IMG/VR virus record: IMGVR_UViG_3300025424_000009
Origin: a virus
Length of the DNA stretch: 64,000 nt
Reading direction: 5' to 3' (one strand)
Positions 9,770 to 20,160 of the stretch are shown piece after piece. The notes beneath the pieces were generated by a model, which was given only the letters and a program-made list of their open reading frames with translations, had not been told where the DNA came from and did no database searches. Both the position numbers and the translations under genes were made by a program. Position 1 is the first letter of the stretch. The number at the start of each line of letters is the position of its first letter.

Positions 9770-9988
9770 ATGTCATTAATTGATACTATCAAACAATCAA
9801 ATCTTAACTATCAGGGAGGTACTCCACAATCAATGTTAATTGTGCCAGATACCCTCAATGATACATCTACGATTTTAGGTATTCCAGCTTTCTCTACTTA
9901 TCAGCGTGCTTTTTTAAGAAAGCTTAAGCCTACTAAGCTGGCTGCCAACTTTTATCCTAAGCATTACTTAGATAATCCACCTAAATAA
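9770..9988 (+). CDS. Small hypothetical protein in tail module
   Basis: ORF track; operon position. Confidence 0.65.
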   Translation: MSLIDTIKQSNLNYQGGTPQSMLIVPDTLNDTSTILGIPAFSTYQRAFLRKLKPTKLAANFYPKHYLDNPPK

Positions 9989-9995
9989 AAATCTT

Positions 9996-11609
9996 TTGCC
10001 GAACCCTACTCTTTCTGAATTAGTAACCAACCTAAGCACCTTCAACTATTACTCTGGTAAAGGAAACTTCACCAAGAATAAAGTTGGTGACTTCAATCAT
10101 GTACCGATTGAAGAGGTGCTTGCTTTGCAATATCTAGAAAAGAAATCTGCTAACTATCTAAGTAAGCTTTTTAATCCTAGTCAAAGCTACGGAGGACCTA
10201 AACCAGATTATAAAGGTGCCGGTAATGCTGATAACAGCATAGAAGGTAGTGTCGGTACAAGTAACATCCTAGATTTACTAACAGCTATGACGCTTGGGGG
10301 TAATAAGACTTTCCCTAAGCTGCAAAAGGGGGATGTCTACAAATCAGAGAAAGACCTATATAGCTTCAAGAATAATGATGGTATACTAGGATTCTTAGAT
10401 TCAACAACCACTGTAAAATCTTATGCCAGTACCTTTGCTGCTAAGGATGCATCAGCTACCTCAGAAGCTAATGTGGTAGTAATTCCAGAAGAAGATATAC
10501 TAAACATAGACCCTGACACATCTATATTAAGTACACCTTCTACTAAGGGTGTACCTTTTGATTTTTCAATACAAGACTTCAGGGCGTATAAAAAAATTAT
10601 CAACCCAAATGCTTTTCCTGATTACGTACCTAATGTAGGACCTGGAATAGTAAATGGTGCTTATAAAGGTACTAGAATAGTATTAGATACTGCTGAAAAT
10701 GCTCGTAAATATAACATATACAACAGGCTAGGTATTATAAATACCAATAACCAAGATGGATTTGGGACTGTATATCAAGATAGGTTAAATGCACTTAGCT
10801 TATATTATGGAGGAGGTGCTAATGGTCTTAGAAATGAACTGTCTGATATGAATGGTTACAATGTAACTAAAGATACTATCAGAGATCTTATAAAATTCAG
10901 GATAAAAGCTATAGATAATGATCACATAGGTAGTGGAGTATTCATGGTATTTAGAGCGTTCCTTAATGGAGCTATTACAGATAGTATTACCCCTACTTGG
11001 AATCCTATTAAGTATACAGGACGAGGTGAATCATTTTATTCTTATGATGGAGTAACTAGCACTATTAGTTTTAGTTTTACAATAGCAGCGTTGTCTAGGC
11101 AAGAAATGAAACCTCTTTATCAAAAGTTAACTTACCTGAAGTCTATCATGTACCCAGACTATAAGGCTAATAAAATGAGGGGTACCGTCATAGAACTTAC
11201 CATCGGTGATTATATTAAGTATCAACCAGGTATTATTAACTCATTGAGTATAACTATACCTGAAAATACTCAATGGGAGATAGCTCTGAATTCTCCTGAT
11301 TTAGAAAATAAAAATAAATCTTTAGATGATGATATGCATGAACTTCCTATGATGCTTAAAGTGGACATGGAGTTTATACCTATATGGAATTTCCTACCTC
11401 AAAAATCTAAGGTAAGCAGTAATGAAGCTAAACTTACACCATTCATAGGAATTGACAAGTCAATAAATGATAGAAATAATGAATGGAGTTACAGTTCCAC
11501 TTTAGAAGAAAATGGTAAGCCAAAATACACCACACCACCTAATGATTCCAAAGCAATAGCCCCACAGGTAAATACCAGTACATCTGGCAATAACACTCAG
11601 GGAAAATAA
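9996..11609 (+). CDS. Baseplate / tail tube initiator-like protein
   Basis: C-terminal FRAFL..ITDS..WNPIKYTGRGESFYSYDG..ISFSFTI..LYQKLTYL pattern; tail-module context. Confidence 0.65.
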   Translation: MPNPTLSELVTNLSTFNYYSGKGNFTKNKVGDFNHVPIEEVLALQYLEKKSANYLSKLFNPSQSYGGPKPDYKGAGNADNSIEGSVGTSNILDLLTAMTLGGNKTFPKLQKGDVYKSEKDLYSFKNNDGILGFLDSTTTVKSYASTFAAKDASATSEANVVVIPEEDILNIDPDTSILSTPSTKGVPFDFSIQDFRAYKKIINPNAFPDYVPNVGPGIVNGAYKGTRIVLDTAENARKYNIYNRLGIINTNNQDGFGTVYQDRLNALSLYYGGGANGLRNELSDMNGYNVTKDTIRDLIKFRIKAIDNDHIGSGVFMVFRAFLNGAITDSITPTWNPIKYTGRGESFYSYDGVTSTISFSFTIAALSRQEMKPLYQKLTYLKSIMYPDYKANKMRGTVIELTIGDYIKYQPGIINSLSITIPENTQWEIALNSPDLENKNKSLDDDMHELPMMLKVDMEFIPIWNFLPQKSKVSSNEAKLTPFIGIDKSINDRNNEWSYSSTLEENGKPKYTTPPNDSKAIAPQVNTSTSGNNTQGK

Positions 11610-11612
11610 TAT

Positions 11613-11643
11613 TTTGTAGTTTAGATATTAAGTATTATATTTG
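11613..11643 (+). promoter_or_regulatory. Bacteroidota-type sigma70 promoter (TTTG-N19-TATATTTG)
   Basis: TTTG 11613-11616, TATATTTG 11636-11643. Confidence 0.6.
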
Positions 11644-11701
11644 TGTTTTGGTAATTCATTTTAATTAGGGATTTGTTACCCCTACACCCACTTGGATTTC
11701 T

Positions 11702-11720
11702 GCCCTCATGTGGGCTTTTT
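11702..11720 (+). terminator. Short terminator-like hairpin GCCC-TCATGT-GGGC-TTTTT
   Basis: 4-bp GC stem plus T5; competes with a CCCAC/GTGGG pairing. Confidence 0.45.
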
Positions 11721-11728
11721 ATTTAAAT

Positions 11729-11738
11729 GATATTTATA
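11729..11738 (+). promoter_or_regulatory. GATATTTATA candidate late promoter
   Basis: Recurring motif 3 nt before ATG 11742. Confidence 0.6.
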
Positions 11739-11741
11739 TAC

Positions 11742-12044
11742 ATGAACAGATACCAATCTTTACCTACCCTAACCGACAATCTAGGCCGGAGGTATATGAA
11801 AACTCCTAAGTACCCTCAAATACCCTTGTCATCCAATGACATATATATAATGAGTGTAGCTGGAGATAGGGTAGATCAATATGCCAATGATTATTACAGT
11901 GATGTAGAAGACTATTGGATAATCAATGTAGCTAACGGATTTCTAGGAGATAGCCTATATATTCAACCTGGGATACAGGTACGAATTCCTCAAGATATAA
12001 TTACCATAAAAAGAAACTATAACAAACTAAACGGTATAGACTAA
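11742..12044 (+). CDS. Baseplate wedge protein (gp53-like / LysM-like)
   Basis: GDRVDQYANDYY...YWIINVAN...PGIQVRIP pattern; start moved to ATG 11742. Confidence 0.75.
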   Translation: MNRYQSLPTLTDNLGRRYMKTPKYPQIPLSSNDIYIMSVAGDRVDQYANDYYSDVEDYWIINVANGFLGDSLYIQPGIQVRIPQDIITIKRNYNKLNGID

Positions 12045-12045
12045 G

Positions 12046-15000
12046 ATGAGTATTTTTAAATCAACCTTCCCTCCATTTGTATCTAGACAACTATTAGCCC
12101 GTCAACATCTATTACAGGATGGGGATAATTCAGCTACGCGTACACGTAATGTACAGCACTATACATCTAGTAAGACAGCATGGGCAAGGATGGTATCTTT
12201 AGTTAATTACGATGATGGTGGTAATGGGACATTTACAGATGCATTAGCTAGGAAGTATGTACTAGAAGCAGGAACTTTATATACAGACCCGACTGATAAC
12301 AATGTATTTGGACTAAGAAGTGGAGTAGGTACCAGTAAAGGTTCATATGCAGGGGATTATTCAAAGAAGGCTAGGCCACTAGGTATAAGACCTATGCCCG
12401 GCATAGTATCTTTTGACATAGTTAATAAAGGTGCTTTTGGTTCACTTAGGCAAGCCACTATCAGATTTAAGGCTTGGGATAAAAATCAACTAGATGATTT
12501 AGAAGTATTGTTTATGAGAACAGGTTTTTGGGTTACCCTTGAATGGGGTTGGTCTATGTACCTTAATACGTATAAAGAAAGTGATGCAACAGCCTCTGAT
12601 TCAAATGCTTTGAAGGTGTCTGATAGTGAGTTGAAGGGTTATATAGATAAACAAATGCAAACTTTCAAGGACCCTTCCCTAGATCCTTTTGACTCATCTT
12701 TGTCTTTAGAGGATATTTACGACAAGATGGAAGGTTATCGAGCTAAGTTTTGCGGTAATTACGATGGGTTAATAGGCTGCGTAGAAAATTTCACTTTTGA
12801 ATTGATGCCGGATGGAAGTTACGACTGCACTACTGTACTGATTAGTATAGGTAATGTACTAGATAGCTTAAAAATGAACAGACCTAGCTCTAAAGAAATA
12901 GATACTATAAAAACAAACTTCTCCACCACCATGGATAATTTTGTTAATATGCCTATTGGAGAGTTTATAACAAAAGTTCTGGATGGTAATGAGCCTCCAC
13001 GAGGATTGAATACAAACACGTTTATAGATGTAAATACACATACACTCCCTTCTGTATTTAATGGAGATCAACCTAAACCGACACAAGGATCCAATGCACA
13101 AAAGAATGCAATGAAACCTGTGTATATACAGTTTGCATATCTTATTTATATTATTAACATCAAACATAACCTATACGATAGTAAGAAAAACAAATATCTA
13201 AACATCATACCACCATTACCTACTCCTGATAACGAAGATATAGGACTTTGTCTAGCATCTGTGGATAGTGTATCTATTGACCCTCGAAATGTACTAATAA
13301 ACAATACTAGTGCTACCTTTGTTACTGGTATTAATCCAGGAGATACACAAGGGGGATTTGATATAAATGCAGTGATAAATTCACTTGTTTGTGACACTAA
13401 TCTTCAAACCCAATCACCTACTAATGCATCGAGTTATGTACAACTGAACGGTGATAGAATGAAAGATTATCTAGTAGAGGGAGAGCCTAAAGGACACTCA
13501 TTAGGTTATATAGGCAACATATATCTAAATGTGCAGCATGTCAAAGATGTGTTTGAAGATATGATTACAAGCAATAAAAGCTATAGTGGTGATGTAGGTA
13601 TAAGAGCTTTTATAAAAAAACTTTTAGAGGAGATGTCCTATGCACTTGGGGGTATAAATGACTTCGACATATTTGTAACTGAGAATATAATACAAATCAT
13701 AGATAAGAATTATTGTGAACGTACTGCTAAGAGTAATAAGAACACTAAATTCATGTTGAATGTTATGGGTAACAATTCGATTGTAAGGAACTTTAAAATA
13801 TACTCAAAGATATTTCAATCACAAGCCACTGAAATAGCTATAGCTGCACAAGCTAGACCTAATCTAGGTGGTATTTATACAGCCACTCAACAACAGTTCA
13901 ATAAAAACCTATCATCTAGGATATATCACTCACTTAAAACAGAAGAGGAATTAAACAGTTCGACTACCCCTGCACCTCAATCACAAGCTGCTAACATAGA
14001 TAAAACTAAAGAAAAAAAGGAAACCTCCGACCACCTTATTGAGATTGCAAAAAATACCCTTAAATTAAGGCAGTATTTAAGCTTATTCCTACAAGGGTAT
14101 CACTATCCCCCACCTGAGCAAATATCTACAGCTAACACATACTTAAAATCAGTTTTAATAGAGGTTAACCAAGACTCTAACTTTAGAGCACCTATCCCAC
14201 TATCTCTAGAAGTAACTCTAGATGGCATATCAGGAATGATTATAGGACAGATTTTTACTGTAAATACAGATATATTACCACAAGACTATGCTAGAAATGC
14301 ACTTGGATTTATGGTAACAGCTTTGCAGCAACATGTAAAAGGGTCTGATTGGACTACGGTAATAGGGACTAAACCTGTACTGCTTAATCAAGGTAATTTA
14401 GGTAATCCTAAAGATGTTGATTATGTAAAAGGACTTGTAGCTACAGAAGTTTCAAATCAAGTGACTGAGAATTTAAAAACAGCAATAGCAGCTACACAAG
14501 CTTATTTAAGGGTGATGTGCTTTGTTAAATTATACTTTGAAAAAGGTATAGATATAACAGGTGTAATAAATAGAACACACAAGAGTACAACACCAGTACT
14601 TACATTTTTTAATAGTGACCCAACAGCAGAGGATGTAAAGTACACTTTAGAAAATATAAGCACTGCACCTATTAAAGGGACTAGAGCTAATAACATATTT
14701 GAAAGCAGAACTAATAACAGTCTAAGCTATAGTCAAATAGAAGGGTTAATGTCTGATGTAAGAAGTGCCTTGATTAAAAATGTTGATAATGACAAGATTA
14801 TAAAAGCGTTTTTAGAGAAGAACAGTATTACAAATTCATCTGAAAAAATAAAAGAAGTACAAGGTATCATTACTGATAAGTCTAATGTTAAGGTAAACTT
14901 TACAGATTTAAGTTATCAATTATCCCCTACTGAAGATGTCTTTGTACAAATAATAGAATCTTTACCAGATTATAATTTATTACCTTCTTACCTAAAAAAT

Positions 15001-15207
15001 AAAGCTGCATCTATCATAAACAGATTGGTTAAACATGGAGCAGATCATACTGCAAATGTATACGGTTTAAAAGTAAATGCAGATTCTAATGGTACAAACT
15101 TATCTTACATAGAAGATGCTTCAATAGGACAGATGAGTATAAGGTCTGAATCTTATTTCTCAGGTGTCATTACACCCAATTATGCTAAACTTCCTGAAAT
15201 AAATTAA
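12046..15207 (+). CDS. Large baseplate hub-like virion protein
   Basis: 1053 aa after the wedge gene; N-terminal RPMPGIVS..GSLRQATIRFKAW..LEWGWS..YDGLIG.V.NF. Confidence 0.6.
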   Translation: MSIFKSTFPPFVSRQLLARQHLLQDGDNSATRTRNVQHYTSSKTAWARMVSLVNYDDGGNGTFTDALARKYVLEAGTLYTDPTDNNVFGLRSGVGTSKGSYAGDYSKKARPLGIRPMPGIVSFDIVNKGAFGSLRQATIRFKAWDKNQLDDLEVLFMRTGFWVTLEWGWSMYLNTYKESDATASDSNALKVSDSELKGYIDKQMQTFKDPSLDPFDSSLSLEDIYDKMEGYRAKFCGNYDGLIGCVENFTFELMPDGSYDCTTVLISIGNVLDSLKMNRPSSKEIDTIKTNFSTTMDNFVNMPIGEFITKVLDGNEPPRGLNTNTFIDVNTHTLPSVFNGDQPKPTQGSNAQKNAMKPVYIQFAYLIYIINIKHNLYDSKKNKYLNIIPPLPTPDNEDIGLCLASVDSVSIDPRNVLINNTSATFVTGINPGDTQGGFDINAVINSLVCDTNLQTQSPTNASSYVQLNGDRMKDYLVEGEPKGHSLGYIGNIYLNVQHVKDVFEDMITSNKSYSGDVGIRAFIKKLLEEMSYALGGINDFDIFVTENIIQIIDKNYCERTAKSNKNTKFMLNVMGNNSIVRNFKIYSKIFQSQATEIAIAAQARPNLGGIYTATQQQFNKNLSSRIYHSLKTEEELNSSTTPAPQSQAANIDKTKEKKETSDHLIEIAKNTLKLRQYLSLFLQGYHYPPPEQISTANTYLKSVLIEVNQDSNFRAPIPLSLEVTLDGISGMIIGQIFTVNTDILPQDYARNALGFMVTALQQHVKGSDWTTVIGTKPVLLNQGNLGNPKDVDYVKGLVATEVSNQVTENLKTAIAATQAYLRVMCFVKLYFEKGIDITGVINRTHKSTTPVLTFFNSDPTAEDVKYTLENISTAPIKGTRANNIFESRTNNSLSYSQIEGLMSDVRSALIKNVDNDKIIKAFLEKNSITNSSEKIKEVQGIITDKSNVKVNFTDLSYQLSPTEDVFVQIIESLPDYNLLPSYLKNKAASIINRLVKHGADHTANVYGLKVNADSNGTNLSYIEDASIGQMSIRSESYFSGVITPNYAKLPEIN

Positions 15208-15209
15208 AT

Positions 15210-15785
15210 ATGGCATATTACCCCCTCAATAAAATAACACCTAATCTATTCACCTCTGGTAATGAGTTCATACTCACTACATCAGGTAAAGACTATAAAG
15301 GCTACTATTACAGTGCCTATGATGGAAAGTATTTTACAGGTAAGACTGTATCCCCAGAATCAGAAGAGTTAATCAAAACGTCTGATAAGATTATACCAAG
15401 TGTAAGTCTTGCTACACAACCTTATGACAACATAAGTAAATACAGAAATAACATAACACCACCTTCATCCTCTGTGACGGTACCTACAGAACAAGATTAC
15501 GTAAATGGATATTACTACAGATACTTCAGTAAAAGAGTGAATGGTGACTTATCTACCATCATAGAGTTAAGTAAAAGTAGCTACGACTCACTTGCATCAA
15601 ATGTATTGTATAATAGAGTACAGTTAAGATGGATGATAAGAGGACCTTTGGAAGATCAGTATATTTCAGGCATGCTAGTACTAGGAGTTATTAACAGAAA
15701 CCTAAAAGAGATACAACAAGCATCTAAACAAATGCTATACTTAGATCAATATTTAATTAATCCAACACAGTATTTTAAAAAATAA
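15210..15785 (+). CDS. Hypothetical protein, probably virion-associated
   Basis: ORF track; last gene of the tail operon. Confidence 0.7.
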   Translation: MAYYPLNKITPNLFTSGNEFILTTSGKDYKGYYYSAYDGKYFTGKTVSPESEELIKTSDKIIPSVSLATQPYDNISKYRNNITPPSSSVTVPTEQDYVNGYYYRYFSKRVNGDLSTIIELSKSSYDSLASNVLYNRVQLRWMIRGPLEDQYISGMLVLGVINRNLKEIQQASKQMLYLDQYLINPTQYFKK

Positions 15786-15786
15786 T

Positions 15787-15817
15787 TTTGTTGGTATTGT
15801 TATGTATGCTATATTTG
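15787..15817 (+). promoter_or_regulatory. Bacteroidota-type sigma70 promoter (TTTG-N19-TATATTTG)
   Basis: TTTG 15787-15790, TATATTTG 15810-15817; opens the replication module. Confidence 0.65.
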
Positions 15818-15837
15818 CATTGTAATAAAACATATTT

Positions 15838-16170
15838 ATGGAAACAACAAGAGAGGATTGTATAGAGTTAGTAGACGAGTTAAACGCTGAATTAACTAAA
15901 GTAACTTTTTTTGAAAATTACTTTAATATAAGATTTAAATATATGACTGAAGGTTATGACGATTATATTATGTTAGGTGATATAATCTTATATACATCTC
16001 AAGATGGATGTCTATATAAGTGGCGTGATGGTCTACCTGTAGAAATTACTTTAAGAGAATACTTATTAAAAGAACTTAAAAAGTTATTATTTAACACTAG
16101 AAAGATGTCTTTTTGGGTACACAATGAATTGAAAAGTTATGAAATCAAAGAAGATAATAGCACTGATTGA
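15838..16170 (+). CDS. Hypothetical protein
   Basis: ORF track. Confidence 0.65.
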   Translation: METTREDCIELVDELNAELTKVTFFENYFNIRFKYMTEGYDDYIMLGDIILYTSQDGCLYKWRDGLPVEITLREYLLKELKKLLFNTRKMSFWVHNELKSYEIKEDNSTD

Positions 16171-16318
16171 GATAATACTAATAGTAATTATCTGCATGGT
16201 ACAGGTATTTCCTAACTGGAATAATAAATACACCACACCAGGTGATTTATTTTGCCTAGAGATAGTAGGGTTATTAAGTTGGAATATTTATGAAAATTTA
16301 AAAAAGAAAGTTAGCTAG
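16139..16318 (+). CDS. Small membrane protein, 59 aa (MKSKKIIALIEIILIVIICMVQVF...)
   Basis: Translated by hand; hydrophobic segments; its TAG overlaps the next GTG. Confidence 0.55.
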   Translation: MKSKKIIALIEIILIVIICMVQVFPNWNNKYTTPGDLFCLEIVGLLSWNIYENLKKKVS

Positions 16319-17640
16319 TGTTTTATATAGTAGAGACAGAAGAGCAGTTACAAAAGTTTTCAGAATACAATCTGGAGAACTCATTCATTGAGCCTATCCC
16401 CTTCAATGACAACTATCACCCTGCACTAACACAAGTGTGTGCCTACTATATCAAACCTTTTCAATCCAGAACAGGATTTATCTTACCTATTTCACATTCA
16501 GAAACTTTATCATTAGATGAAGATAGGATATTACAACTATTTGCTAATAAGGTGCTCAAGGCTTACGTATTTGACTTAAAAAGGGTTATGTATCACCTTA
16601 ACTTACAAGTCCCCTTTATATGCCTTAAAACGGCTAAATTCATAGAGTCACATCAAATATTAGATTTAAAGTCTTTCAATCAGCCTATACACAACTGGTT
16701 ATATAGCCAGAATGGAGATAGGTATGATATCAATAGGATTGTACCCATATCAAAGTTAGCTGAGAAGTACGATAACTTTATTAATTCTCAAAAGAGCTTA
16801 CTTAAGAGTACAATATATACCAAGAAGCATTTTAAGTTTTACAACGAGTACGTAAATAAAGTCCTGCATGAAGTAGAAAAGCAAGGCATAAAAGTATCTA
16901 CAATTGATGTACCGAATGTAGATTACATGTATGATGGAGAAAGGGTATACACACACTATAACCAATATACACAAACAGGTCGACCTTCTAATGCATTTAA
17001 TAATGTAAACTTCGGAGCATTAAATAAAAGCGATGGGTCTAGGGAGATGATTATACCTAGTAATGACTTCTTATTAGAATTTGATTATAGTAGTTACCAT
17101 CCTAGAATATTGGCTAATTTAGTGGGGTATGACTTCAAGGGAGAAGATATACACACTCACCTAGGTAAGATGTATTTTAACACAGATGAAATCACAAAGG
17201 AACAGCATGATGAAAGTAAAAATATTACTTTTAAAATTCTTTACAATAATTCAAATGAATTCACTAACTTTGTATTCTTCAATAAGGTTCACGAATTAAC
17301 AGATAAGTTATGGTATGAATACAACAAGAAGGGATTTATAACTTCAATATTAAGTAAAAAACCTATTACAGGTATTACGAGTAAAACTCAAGTATTACCT
17401 TATCTACTTCAAGCTTATGAAACGGAGCGTAATATATGGGTAATGTTTAACTTGACGGAGTTACTAAAAGAGTTCAACAGTAAGCTAATTTTGTACACGT
17501 ATGATTCGTTCTTAATAGATTACAGTAAGGCAGATGGCAAAGACTTAATAGATAAGATAAAAGAGATTACAGACGAGGATGGTTTTGTAACTCAAGTAAA
17601 GTATGGTTATGACTACAATAATATGAAAAACATTAATTAA
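16318..17640 (+). CDS. Divergent, compact family A DNA polymerase-like protein
   Basis: TQTGRPS, motif A LLEFDYSSYHPRIL, DIH, motif B SKNITFKILY, motif C LYTYDSFLID; no clear exonuclease catalytic motifs. Confidence 0.8.
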   Translation: MFYIVETEEQLQKFSEYNLENSFIEPIPFNDNYHPALTQVCAYYIKPFQSRTGFILPISHSETLSLDEDRILQLFANKVLKAYVFDLKRVMYHLNLQVPFICLKTAKFIESHQILDLKSFNQPIHNWLYSQNGDRYDINRIVPISKLAEKYDNFINSQKSLLKSTIYTKKHFKFYNEYVNKVLHEVEKQGIKVSTIDVPNVDYMYDGERVYTHYNQYTQTGRPSNAFNNVNFGALNKSDGSREMIIPSNDFLLEFDYSSYHPRILANLVGYDFKGEDIHTHLGKMYFNTDEITKEQHDESKNITFKILYNNSNEFTNFVFFNKVHELTDKLWYEYNKKGFITSILSKKPITGITSKTQVLPYLLQAYETERNIWVMFNLTELLKEFNSKLILYTYDSFLIDYSKADGKDLIDKIKEITDEDGFVTQVKYGYDYNNMKNIN

Positions 17641-17644
17641 AAAG

Positions 17645-18127
17645 ATGACAGAGCGAGAAGTTAATTACAACAGAGTACAAGAAGTACAATCAGTTCAAAA
17701 GAGTAAAATTGCCAACAAGATCTTTACTACATTTTGTAAAAAAGAAGATTTACAAGATATGATAGATAAGATAAAATCTACCTATTCTATCCTAAACAAT
17801 AGGATACTTGTATTCACATCTGAGCAAACAGAAGAATATATACTTACCTATAATGTAGAGCCTGGTAATCTATTAGAAGTAGAAGTAATAGGAAATACAG
17901 TATTACTGCATCGTAACAAAGATTACAAGACACTATTCTCCATTAATGCAATTAACATGCTGAACCAAATGGAAAATGGTAATACTGATAACTATTATAC
18001 CGTCCCATGGGAAAAGTATGAAAAGAGTATTTTATTGACAAGGAAGGGTGCTTTCTGTCAATTAAAAACAGAACTCTATAAAACTATAGATACCACACCA
18101 AAGACAGAAAACAATTTTTTTATTTAA
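17645..18127 (+). CDS. Hypothetical protein
   Basis: ORF track; directly follows the compact polymerase. Confidence 0.7.
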   Translation: MTEREVNYNRVQEVQSVQKSKIANKIFTTFCKKEDLQDMIDKIKSTYSILNNRILVFTSEQTEEYILTYNVEPGNLLEVEVIGNTVLLHRNKDYKTLFSINAINMLNQMENGNTDNYYTVPWEKYEKSILLTRKGAFCQLKTELYKTIDTTPKTENNFFI

Positions 18128-18142
18128 TAACAAATATCAATT

Positions 18143-18571
18143 ATGAGCACAAACACAGACAACAAAGACTTAACAGTCGATGAACAAAAGCAAGATGCAG
18201 GTAAAACAGAAAAAAGTTTTAATGCAAACCTTAAAAAGGTAGTTTCAATACTAGGAAGTAAAGATTTACTTGCCCCTAGTAAAAAAGTAAAAGGTAATGT
18301 AGTTTCTGATATAGTAGCAGAACTCACAAAAGACCGAGAAGAACAAAATAGGCAAGCAGTAAAGACGGAGCTTTCTACCTTACTGACAAAGTATGTAGAA
18401 TTTGAAACTGAAGTGAAAAAGAAGGAAGAAGAGTTTAAAAAGCTGAAAGAACAGAAACAAAAAGAATTCATTGACGCATCTAACAAATTCTTCAATAAGA
18501 TTCAAGAAGTAGATACATTTATCAAAAGTATGGAACAAGCTTTATTAAAAGCATCTGAAACACAAGAATAG
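18143..18571 (+). CDS. Hypothetical coiled-coil protein
   Basis: ORF track; K/E-rich heptads. Confidence 0.65.
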   Translation: MSTNTDNKDLTVDEQKQDAGKTEKSFNANLKKVVSILGSKDLLAPSKKVKGNVVSDIVAELTKDREEQNRQAVKTELSTLLTKYVEFETEVKKKEEEFKKLKEQKQKEFIDASNKFFNKIQEVDTFIKSMEQALLKASETQE

Positions 18572-18572
18572 T

Positions 18573-18983
18573 ATGAATACAAATAGTTATGAAAAGGTAT
18601 TAGTGTATACTATTACTGAAACAAACAAAACTTTGAATAGATGGAAGATTGAAAAGTGTAATCATCTAGTTATAACTAAGCAAGATATAAAAAGTGTGTT
18701 TAATTCGTATTTTGAAAAGTATATAAAGCATTATTTAAATCTTGATAATGTACAAGCAGCTAAACTAATGACTTGGCATAAATCAGATATATTCATTAAT
18801 GATCAATATCAAATAGTTCAAGTAAGATTCCTAGATCTTAATGATAAAGATCACTTTTGTATACATCACCTAAAAAAAGTCCTAGAAACTATAGATTACA
18901 ATAGCTTACAACACACTAAAGAGGAATCTTTAACACTGGTAGAAGATATATCTTTCAACTCTATTCAAAGTATTAAATTTTAA
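18573..18983 (+). CDS. Hypothetical protein
   Basis: ORF track. Confidence 0.6.
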   Translation: MNTNSYEKVLVYTITETNKTLNRWKIEKCNHLVITKQDIKSVFNSYFEKYIKHYLNLDNVQAAKLMTWHKSDIFINDQYQIVQVRFLDLNDKDHFCIHHLKKVLETIDYNSLQHTKEESLTLVEDISFNSIQSIKF

Positions 18984-18996
18984 AACAACAATTATT

Positions 18997-20160
18997 ATGG
19001 CACTAAGCATCAGAGAATTAGCAGCACAAAGACTTAAGAAGTCACAATCAAGCGGAGGTGGTAACATAGATTACGCCAAGCTTAAGTTCAAACCTGAAAT
19101 AGGTAAAGAATACCAAATTCGTATTCTCCCTAATAAGTACTCAGAGTATCCTATCCAAGAGTTAGAGATACACAAGTATGACACCTTTAAAAAATCCCCA
19201 ATTGCCCTAACATCCTTTGGAGAGCCTGACCCTATTGTTAAGTTCATCAAGAGTCTATGGGATGAGGTAAACAAAGCAAAAGCAAGTAATGACCCTAACT
19301 TAGCAGTTATTACAAAAGAGAATGGGGATATTGCCAAGGCAATGAAACCAGGTAAGCGTTTCTTTGCACAAGTGATAGTACGTGGAGACGAAGCTAAAGG
19401 CCCCATCATCTGGGAATTTGGTTCTACTATTGCATCACAGATAGACAGTTTTCTTGCTTCTGAGGATTATGAAAACCTAACTGGTATTCAAGACGGCACT
19501 GATATAGTAGTTACAGGTATTGAAGCTTCAATGAAAAGTGGTCAGAAGTACACAGATGTATCTATTACCCCTCGTAAAAAAGAATCTCCTATATCTAAGG
19601 ATCCAGATACAGTTGAAAAATGGTTAGAAGATCAAAAAGACCCAGCACAAGTATTGTATAAAAAAATGACTTATGATGAGTTAAAGAAAATGTTAAAAGA
19701 TTACTTAAATCCAGGAGATGGAGATGATGAAAAGGAAGAGCAACCAAAGAAGAAGCCTCTCCCACTTAAACCTGCAAAAGCACCTGTTAAAAAAGTAGAA
19801 GTAGAGGAACAAGATGAAGACGAAGAGGAAGATACTCCACCCCCACCACCGGTTAAAAAACCTATTAAAAAGACAATAGAATTAGAACCAGAAGACGAAG
19901 ATGAGGAACCTGAAGAGGAAGAAGAAACAGACGATTTACCTTTCAAAGCTCCTGCTAAATCTTCAAAAGCATCTTCAAGTAAAGTTCCAAAAGAGTACGT
20001 AGAAGAGGAAGATGAACTACAAGATAAAATCCCAAGTGTAAAAGGTTCTGCAAAAGCTGAAATTAAAACTAAGGCTCCTGTTACAAAAAAAGCAATCACA
20101 CCTACTTCAACTAAGAAATCTTTTGAAGATGTGTTTGACGAAGATGAAGACGATGAATAA
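18997..20160 (+). CDS. Single-stranded DNA-binding protein (T4 gp32-like)
   Basis: YQIRILP..DPI..PGKRFFAQVIVRG..IWEFG..G.D pattern; long acidic/Pro-rich tail ending DEDEDDE. Confidence 0.8.
   Translation: MALSIRELAAQRLKKSQSSGGGNIDYAKLKFKPEIGKEYQIRILPNKYSEYPIQELEIHKYDTFKKSPIALTSFGEPDPIVKFIKSLWDEVNKAKASNDPNLAVITKENGDIAKAMKPGKRFFAQVIVRGDEAKGPIIWEFGSTIASQIDSFLASEDYENLTGIQDGTDIVVTGIEASMKSGQKYTDVSITPRKKESPISKDPDTVEKWLEDQKDPAQVLYKKMTYDELKKMLKDYLNPGDGDDEKEEQPKKKPLPLKPAKAPVKKVEVEEQDEDEEEDTPPPPPVKKPIKKTIELEPEDEDEEPEEEEETDDLPFKAPAKSSKASSSKVPKEYVEEEDELQDKIPSVKGSAKAEIKTKAPVTKKAITPTSTKKSFEDVFDEDEDDE

Noticed and set aside
19720-20160. Low-complexity GAA/CCA-rich DNA as a repeat element
   Set aside because: Explained by the acidic, Pro/Lys-rich tail of the SSB protein
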